A DNA stretch of 64,000 nt from a virus, in the IMG/VR virus record IMGVR_UViG_3300032093_000017. One strand, given 5' to 3'. Position 1 is the stretch's first letter. Each line of letters starts with the position of its first letter. A program made the translations under genes and the position numbers. The notes below the pieces were generated by a model. That model did not search any database and was not told where the DNA came from. It worked only from the letters and a program-made list of their open reading frames with translations. Positions 1 through 5,841 of the stretch are shown in pieces.

Positions 1-174
1 ATGACTGCTGCTCAACGGATGGAAAAGCAATTCTTCATTCAAATGATTCAACTTGTGAATGAAGTGCAAGGTAAGCAGAAACTTCCTTCTCAAGTTAATT
101 CTTCTCGTAAGTCTGCTTGGTGTAAGAAAGTTTCTAATCCCAAGCAAAAGAAAGATGCACTTGCTCGCATCTAG
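1..174 (+). CDS. small hypothetical protein (57 aa; may begin upstream of window)
   Basis: ATG at 1, open to TAG 172-174 (MTAAQRMEKQFF...DALARI); not in ORF track; co-oriented with neighbouring small genes. Confidence 0.6.
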   Translation: MTAAQRMEKQFFIQMIQLVNEVQGKQKLPSQVNSSRKSAWCKKVSNPKQKKDALARI

Positions 175-213
175 TTCTTAATTCTTTCATCTGTCCCACA
201 CAAACAACAAACA

Positions 214-378
214 ATGCTGATCAAAACTGTTTTCGATGTTCAAACCAAGCAAGCAGGTTATGCTATTTGTGATCCTGCCACTGAACGTTGTGGTTTTGTG
301 ACTTATAGCATCATCAATGCTATTAAAGCAGGGCAATGTAAAACCTTCGCACAAGTTCAACAACTCATCAATGCCTGA
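214..378 (+). CDS. small hypothetical protein (54 aa)
   Basis: ATG 214 after A/C-rich leader, MLIKTVFDVQ...QQLINA, TGA 376-378 next to the following ATG at 380. Confidence 0.6.
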   Translation: MLIKTVFDVQTKQAGYAICDPATERCGFVTYSIINAIKAGQCKTFAQVQQLINA

Positions 379-379
379 A

Positions 380-538
380 ATGAATCAAATGTATGAAGTT
401 ACTTATCAGGTGCCTTACAACGATTGTGAATGGAGAAGTCAATACTTTAATACTCTACAAGAAGCACAATCAATGGTAGAGTTTTATAGGTCTTGTGGAT
501 CTCCTGCTAAACTGATTGAACGTAAAGTAAGTAACTGA
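380..538 (+). CDS. small hypothetical protein (MNQMYEVTYQVPY...)
   Basis: Track ORF 317..538; start moved to ATG 380 because 317-378 overlaps the upstream gene. Confidence 0.65.
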   Translation: MNQMYEVTYQVPYNDCEWRSQYFNTLQEAQSMVEFYRSCGSPAKLIERKVSN

Positions 539-539
539 A

Positions 540-779
540 ATGACTCAAACTCTCACTGAAACCATCTACTCTGATGCTCTGTTATTTCTGACTCGATACT
601 TCAATCAGTTTGATGAATGTCAGTTGCAAGAACACGATGATTTGACTATTCAAGACATTGTTGATGTTCTTGGTTATGCAAGTTTCGAGGAGCATTATCA
701 TTCTGATGTAGCATATATTTCTGATATTCAGACACTCAATAAACTTCGTAATGAAATTCGCAATCGGTTCTATCAATGA
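540..779 (+). CDS. hypothetical protein (79 aa)
   Basis: Tightly packed ORF; ATGA overlap with next gene. Confidence 0.7.
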   Translation: MTQTLTETIYSDALLFLTRYFNQFDECQLQEHDDLTIQDIVDVLGYASFEEHYHSDVAYISDIQTLNKLRNEIRNRFYQ

Positions 780-931
780 CTGAACTCATCAATCGAACTC
801 ATATGCTTATCGAGGCACTTGAGTATTATATTCAAGACCTCAAAAAGAATAATTGCACTGAAGCATCTATTCAAGCATACACAACTCTTCTCAAAGAGAT
901 TGATGTTGACAACTACTCAGTCATTGATTAA
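776..931 (+). CDS. small hypothetical protein (51 aa)
   Basis: ATGA-coupled start, MTELINRTHML...YSVID, TAA 929-931; not in ORF track. Confidence 0.6.
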   Translation: MTELINRTHMLIEALEYYIQDLKKNNCTEASIQAYTTLLKEIDVDNYSVID

Positions 932-938
932 AACAAAG

Positions 939-1037
939 ATGAAACGTAAAGAAAAACTTGAACTACTATCTAAAGCACAAGATGGTAATGAACTTCTTCT
1001 AATCGCACAAGCAATTATTAACTCTCAAACCAAATGA
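939..1037 (+). CDS. very small hypothetical protein (32 aa)
   Basis: 3' part of track ORF 819..1037; ATG 939 follows the previous stop; ATGA overlap with next gene. Confidence 0.5.
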   Translation: MKRKEKLELLSKAQDGNELLLIAQAIINSQTK

Positions 1038-1228
1038 TTATTCTTCAAAAAGAAAACCACGGTTGTGTTTATACAATTGATCCTGATACTCAAGAACTCT
1101 TCTATGCCCCCATTCATACAAACAACACTGTAAATCTTTCTGAGTTTGCACCTGTTGATCTATCAAGTGTAGATGATGAATATGATGTAATTACGATTCA
1201 AAAAGAACTGATTAACCTAAACAAATAG
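1034..1228 (+). CDS. hypothetical protein (64 aa)
   Basis: Track ORF, translationally coupled to upstream ORF. Confidence 0.65.
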   Translation: MIILQKENHGCVYTIDPDTQELFYAPIHTNNTVNLSEFAPVDLSSVDDEYDVITIQKELINLNK

Positions 1229-1235
1229 TAATACA

Positions 1236-1391
1236 ATGAATGAAACGTTTGTAAGGTTGAGTGAAGAACAAATCAATCTGATTATGTTCTGTCTAGAGCA
1301 AATGGAATGTGATTTCAATGAGACTGAACAATCATTATGCGAAGCAATCATTGACTCTTTCACCACTGCTCTAGTAGAGATAAACACTTAA
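1236..1391 (+). CDS. small acidic hypothetical protein (51 aa)
   Basis: MNETFVRLSEEQ...VEINT, TAA 1389-1391; last gene before the non-coding locus. Confidence 0.6.
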   Translation: MNETFVRLSEEQINLIMFCLEQMECDFNETEQSLCEAIIDSFTTALVEINT

Positions 1392-1528
1392 TCATAAGAT
1401 GAAATAATCATTTATAACGATAAAATGTTTTAATTGATAATTAAATTAAATGTATTAAAAAACATATGTTAGTGTTTTGTGTTGATATAATGATAGTGTT
1501 ATAATAGTCTTTATATCCTCTTTATACT

Positions 1529-1585
1529 CTTATAAATGCCTCTAGTTCTTGTCTTTAGACACTTATAAATGCCTCTAGTTCTTGT
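1529..1585. repeat. direct repeat CTTATAAATGCCTCTAGTTCTTGT x2
   Basis: 24-bp identical copies at 1529 and 1562. Confidence 0.9.
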
Positions 1586-1598
1586 TGTCTAGGCCCGC

Positions 1599-1627
1599 AT
1601 TATACCATAAGACCCAAAAAAAGTCAA
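1599..1627 (-). promoter_or_regulatory. sigma70-type promoter, leftward
   Basis: Minus strand TTGACT (1627-1622) - 17 bp - TATAAT (1604-1599) with extended -10 TGG. Confidence 0.75.
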
Positions 1628-1865
1628 GGGCATTACAGACACTCCTAGGGGTGGCACAAGACATATAGACAATGAAACTCCTGAGACTCACACATCTTAT
1701 GAGTCTTGGGAGTATTTTGCTAGTTACTCGTAAGACTCATAGGTCTCAAACCACTGCAGTAACTGGCACATCGTATCGTGAGTCTCACTGATTCTGCGAT
1801 AGACTTATAGGGTCGGGAGGGGAGGGAATATTATAAACTCCCATAACTGATAAGAAATACGCACC

Positions 1866-2042
1866 TGTGGAAAAATAGTTTTCCACAGGTTTCATTCATT
1901 TCCTATAGGGGAAAGTAATGATTTCCCACAGATAGTTTTCCACAAGTTTATGATGATTTGTAGTGTTTGCAAGGGTTTATAAGAATTGCCCTGTGGAAAA
2001 AGTCTTATAGTTTTCCACAGGTTCGTTATATCTTGTGGAAAA
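1866..2042. promoter_or_regulatory. cluster of cyanobacterial-type DnaA boxes (TTTTCCACA)
   Basis: Perfect 9-mers at 1866(-), 1879(+), 1936(+), 1992(-), 2011(+), 2034(-); one-mismatch copy at 1922. Confidence 0.7.
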
Positions 2043-2165
2043 CTATTCGTGTTAGAATCTCATTCGTCCTGAGAGTTCGTTATACATAAGAGTTCGTTAT
2101 AATCATTCGTTGTGCTTATAGTATTATAATATATTCGTCTTATAGTATAATAATATAATAGCAAC

Positions 2166-2411
2166 GTTATGTTTGAGACCCCCCATAAGGTTTGCTATTT
2201 CAATCAGACAGTGCTATACTATTCGTTGTACACAGTTTCTGACATAAACTGATGTCGTCCTCTGAGTATCATAAACTCTCGGAGGAGTTCGTTATGCAAC
2301 CCCCCATAAGGTTTGTTATTCTTATTGACCAAGACTACATAATTCGTGTTGCACAGTTCGTGTTATAAACTGATGTCCTCCTTTCGTTATATCTAACCCC
2401 CCATAAGGTTT
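2166..2411. repeat. degenerate ~121-bp tandem repeat with conserved core ACCCCCCATAAGGTTT
   Basis: 16-bp core at 2178, 2299, 2396; second block ATAAACTGATGTC at 2244 and 2365. Confidence 0.85.
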
Positions 2412-2690
2412 CGTATTAGAATTAAACAGTAATGAATATAAACTATTCGTGATTGTTCGTTTATTATAATTAAACAGCACTGTTTGACAGTTATATTTTG
2501 TGTTGTTGTATTCTTATACCTAACCGATGCCCCCTTATATAAAATCAATGGGTCCTTCAAGGCTACACCGAACCGAAAACGAGAGAGTAATTGTCTTTCA
2601 AATAAAAAAATTTTTCCAAAAAATTTTTCCAAAAAAGTTGAGGGCACAAGAACAAAAAATGATATATAAGTTTAGAATTTAATCAAAAAA

Positions 2691-2849
2691 ATGACAATGA
2701 GATTAGAAATTGATGATTATGAAAAGGATCTTTTAATTGATACAATTCAGCATAGATTAGACACTGATAAAATCTTAGTGATTAACAATAGTCTGAAAGA
2801 AGAACTTGAAGATCTTCTAAGGAAAGTGGAAGAAGATGAATACGTATAA
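2691..2849 (+). CDS. small hypothetical protein (52 aa)
   Basis: MTMRLEIDDYEKDLL...EDEYV; not in ORF track. Confidence 0.6.
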   Translation: MTMRLEIDDYEKDLLIDTIQHRLDTDKILVINNSLKEELEDLLRKVEEDEYV

Positions 2850-3006
2850 TATTTCAGTAAATGGAAATGAAATATTAAGTCAAGTGCCGCAGAATGATTT
2901 ACAGGAAAATCTGAAACTTATCAGAGGACTTGTATGGACATCTGGGGGAAATGATGGGGATATTACAGTATCTCTAAATAAGAATGAAAACCATTGCAAT
3001 GAATGA
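2836..3006 (+). CDS. small hypothetical protein (56 aa)
   Basis: MNTYNISVNGNEIL...; overlaps upstream stop; not in ORF track. Confidence 0.55.
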   Translation: MNTYNISVNGNEILSQVPQNDLQENLKLIRGLVWTSGGNDGDITVSLNKNENHCNE

Positions 3007-3022
3007 TTTGTGGTGGTAGAAT
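2994..3022 (+). promoter_or_regulatory. sigma70-type promoter
   Basis: TTGCAA-17-TAGAAT with extended -10 TG, upstream of ATG 3058. Confidence 0.6.
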
Positions 3023-3057
3023 ACTAAAGAACAGATTATTTTTCGCAATTATTTTTT

Positions 3058-3807
3058 ATGGCTAAAGGATTTACGGTAAAAGCAAAACTTCCGACAGGAC
3101 CTGTGGAAGGAGAGTTTAATTTAGAAGCAGCAAAAGAAATGATCCGAGGCAAATCAATTGTCTTTTGTTTGCCTGGACGAGGAGTATCTTATCTGTATCT
3201 GAAGAATTTTGTTCAATTATGTTTTGACCTTGTTCAGAACGGAGCAAGTATTCAGATTTCACAAGACTACAGTTCAATGGTGAACTTTGCACGATGCAAA
3301 TGTCTTGGAGCAAATGTTCTCAGAGGACCCAAGCAGATTCCTTGGGATGGAAAACTACAGTATGATTATCAACTCTGGATTGACAGTGATATTGTCTTTG
3401 ATACTGAGAAGTTCTATCGTCTTGTAGCAATGGACAAAGAGATTGCTGCTGGATGGTACTGCACTGAAGATGGTCACACCACATCGGTTGCCCATTGGTT
3501 ACAGGAAGATGATTTCAGAAGCAATGGTGGTGTGATGAACCACGAGACACTGGAGACCATTCAGAAACGTCGTAAACCATTTACAGTGGATTACACAGGT
3601 TTCGGATGGGTTTTGATTAAGAAAGGTGTATTTGAGAATCTTGAGTATCCTTGGTTTGCTCCGAAGATGCAGGTCTTTGAATCTGGTGAAGTTCAAGATA
3701 TGTGTGGAGAGGATGTTTCATTCTGTCTTGATGCAAAAGAGGCAGGATATGAGATCTGGTGCGATCCTCAAATTCGTGTTGGTCACGAAAAGACACGAAT
3801 CATCTGA
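3058..3807 (+). CDS. GT-A-fold glycosyltransferase-like protein, conserved in cyanomyoviruses
   Basis: LWIDSDIVF (DxD), GFGWVLIKKGVF, GEDVSFC and C-terminal VGH motifs. Confidence 0.7.
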   Translation: MAKGFTVKAKLPTGPVEGEFNLEAAKEMIRGKSIVFCLPGRGVSYLYLKNFVQLCFDLVQNGASIQISQDYSSMVNFARCKCLGANVLRGPKQIPWDGKLQYDYQLWIDSDIVFDTEKFYRLVAMDKEIAAGWYCTEDGHTTSVAHWLQEDDFRSNGGVMNHETLETIQKRRKPFTVDYTGFGWVLIKKGVFENLEYPWFAPKMQVFESGEVQDMCGEDVSFCLDAKEAGYEIWCDPQIRVGHEKTRII

Positions 3808-3855
3808 TAAGTGTCTAGAAGGTATTTCTTGACCTTCTTTGAAACGTTATGATAG

Positions 3856-3897
3856 AATGTCTCTATAAGGTTTGTATCGTCTTATAGAGACATTTTT
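3856..3897 (+). terminator. 14-bp stem hairpin followed by T-run, putative intrinsic terminator
   Basis: AATGTCTCTATAAG (3856-3869) / CTTATAGAGACATT (3881-3894), with a T-run at 3893-3897. Confidence 0.5.
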
Positions 3898-3956
3898 ATT
3901 GGCTTGAGAGACTTTATAAAAACCCCCTTATAAAAACCGTTAGATGGAGAACTAAA

Positions 3957-4094
3957 ATGGCACAAAAGAGTCGGAAGGATATGAAGATTGAGAGTATTCC
4001 GAAGAATACTCGACAAGGTGAAGGTAGAAATACTAAATATGCTGCTACGAGTCGCAATGGGGCACGTAAGAAGTACCGAGGTCAAGGACGGTAA
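3957..4094 (+). CDS. small basic protein (45 aa) ending KKYRGQGR
   Basis: GGAG SD upstream, MAQKSRKDMK...RKKYRGQGR; missed by ORF track. Confidence 0.75.
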   Translation: MAQKSRKDMKIESIPKNTRQGEGRNTKYAATSRNGARKKYRGQGR

Positions 4095-4096
4095 AT

Positions 4097-4735
4097 ATGG
4101 CTTATTTAAACCATAGTCTTCCAGATTGGTCCTGTTATATTCGTAATGAATTTCTTTTTAATCACAAGAAAGGTCACGGTGAAGTAACTAAATGTGATGT
4201 TCATTGTGTTGCTAGTATTGAAAAAAGAGTTCCTTTATTTGAGGCATTCCTTGAGAATGGCGTGAATTGGACTCGTAGACCTCTTCACGCATTTTGTTGG
4301 AAACCAGATGCAGAAATAGAACCTTTAGAGGATCTTATGTACTGGGACTGCTTTTCACCGTATGTTGATGTTCAAAAACGTGCCCGTCTTGCTGGATTGC
4401 AAGCAGAATTGATTCGTCCTGATGGAAAAAAAGTGATTGGGAGATATATGTTTACCCTTGATTGGTCATGGGAAAATAAAGGAGTCACTGATCTTAATTT
4501 TTCAGAGACTCCTGAACATAAATGTGCTCATTTATTCAAGGTGGAAACTGGAAATTACTATGCATATCCAAACAATCGCATTATTTGGTATGATAATGCC
4601 TGGACTTTCAATAGAATTGACAAAAATCCAGGATATGAAATTGATTTGACAGTATATTCGGTTGAAAATAAAAGAAAAATCGAAACATCTGATCATTACA
4701 TGTACGAAATTACAAATTTAAATCAAAATAAATAA
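4097..4735 (+). CDS. conserved phage hypothetical protein
   Basis: 212-aa ORF with WDCFS, YMFTLDW, EHKCAH, YPNNRI motifs that I recognise from aquatic phages. Confidence 0.8.
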   Translation: MAYLNHSLPDWSCYIRNEFLFNHKKGHGEVTKCDVHCVASIEKRVPLFEAFLENGVNWTRRPLHAFCWKPDAEIEPLEDLMYWDCFSPYVDVQKRARLAGLQAELIRPDGKKVIGRYMFTLDWSWENKGVTDLNFSETPEHKCAHLFKVETGNYYAYPNNRIIWYDNAWTFNRIDKNPGYEIDLTVYSVENKRKIETSDHYMYEITNLNQNK

Positions 4736-4756
4736 ATTTTTACTAAAGATATTGAG

Positions 4757-5098
4757 TTGAAACAGTTTTCGATGGGCAATCACCTTCTTTTGGAGGTTTA
4801 TGATATAGAACACAATCTTCTGAATGATGGTATTTCTCTTCAGGGGGTGATGGAACGTGGAATTGAACGTGCTGGAATGACTATTTTAAATATTTTTCAG
4901 CACTGTTTCTATCCTCAAGGAGTTACGATTGTAATTGCTCTTTCGGAAAGTCATGTTTCGTGTCATACATGGCCGGAAAGAGGTTGTATTGCCATAGATG
5001 TATATACTTGTGGTGAAGGAAATCCAAAATTAGTTGCACTAGAATTGTTGAAGTATTTTAATTCGGATAATTATAAACTTCGTCAGTTGGATCGTTAA
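4757..5098 (+). CDS. speD: S-adenosylmethionine decarboxylase proenzyme (start may be ATG 4772)
   Basis: HxFxPQGVT...LSESHVSCHTWPE...DVYTCG; E-S autocleavage site. Confidence 0.9.
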   Translation: MKQFSMGNHLLLEVYDIEHNLLNDGISLQGVMERGIERAGMTILNIFQHCFYPQGVTIVIALSESHVSCHTWPERGCIAIDVYTCGEGNPKLVALELLKYFNSDNYKLRQLDR

Positions 5099-5159
5099 AT
5101 AATAATAGAGATAGCAACCTCTTTAAAAGTTCCGGTTTTACTAAAAACAGGAGTTGCAA

Positions 5160-5402
5160 ATGTCTTTTTATCAAATTGATAGAAATAAAGATTATATGAG
5201 AGAAATGTGGGGAACTACAAGTCTCATTACTGATTACAATCAACAAAAAAATACAAAAAAAGTACTTCAGGAGATTATGCACGATCATGCACCAAAGCAT
5301 GATTTTAAAAAACAAACTGAATTACACGAAAAGATCAGAAATGATGAAGATTATGATGATTGGAATTATGGTACAGAACCAGTCTATGGAAAAATTGTCT
5401 GA
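5160..5402 (+). CDS. conserved hypothetical protein
   Basis: AGGAG SD then ATG 5160 within track ORF 5154..5402. Confidence 0.75.
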   Translation: MSFYQIDRNKDYMREMWGTTSLITDYNQQKNTKKVLQEIMHDHAPKHDFKKQTELHEKIRNDEDYDDWNYGTEPVYGKIV

Positions 5403-5439
5403 AAAGTCTTATAGATATATAAAAGACAATTAATCTTAG

Positions 5440-5841
5440 ATGCCAATTAGCATTTCAAGATCTTTTAAAGACATTAGTTTGTCTTTTTCACGTCATCCTG
5501 TTACAAATGATATTTTAATTTTAAAAAATGAGGATGCAATTAAAAGATCTGTTCTCAATTTAGTTCAAACTCAAATTAGTGAGAGGTTCTTCAATAACTT
5601 ATTGGGAACCTCTGTGAATTCTTCTTTGTTTGAACTTGCAACACAAGAAATAGAGATTATTTTAAAAAGAGAAATTGAAACTGTATTAAATAATTTTGAA
5701 CCAAGAATTAGATTAAATAATATAGAGGTAGAAGTAATTGATGATTATAATGAATTGACCGTTAAAATTGTATATGACATTGTTGGACTACCATTACCAC
5801 TACAGAATATAGAGTTTATTTTACAACCAACTAGAATATAA
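5440..5841 (+). CDS. gp25: baseplate wedge subunit gp25
   Basis: FKDISLSF..HPVT, ERFFN, FEPRI motifs; precedes gp6. Confidence 0.9.
   Translation: MPISISRSFKDISLSFSRHPVTNDILILKNEDAIKRSVLNLVQTQISERFFNNLLGTSVNSSLFELATQEIEIILKREIETVLNNFEPRIRLNNIEVEVIDDYNELTVKIVYDIVGLPLPLQNIEFILQPTRI

Larger units (their letters stand above)
1392..2690. other. large structured non-coding region, candidate replication origin/control locus
   Basis: 1.3 kb without a credible gene in a gene-dense genome; AT-rich tracts, DnaA-box cluster, repeats, hairpins and a promoter. Confidence 0.65.

Noticed and set aside
2178-2411. CRISPR mini-array
   Set aside because: Core is only 16 bp, intervals are long and unequal (105, 81 bp) and resemble each other, and no cas genes are present
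2393-2669. Track ORFs 2393..2647 (-) and 2484..2669 (+)
   Set aside because: They overlap each other across repeats and A/T tracts, lack an SD and have atypical composition; likely spurious
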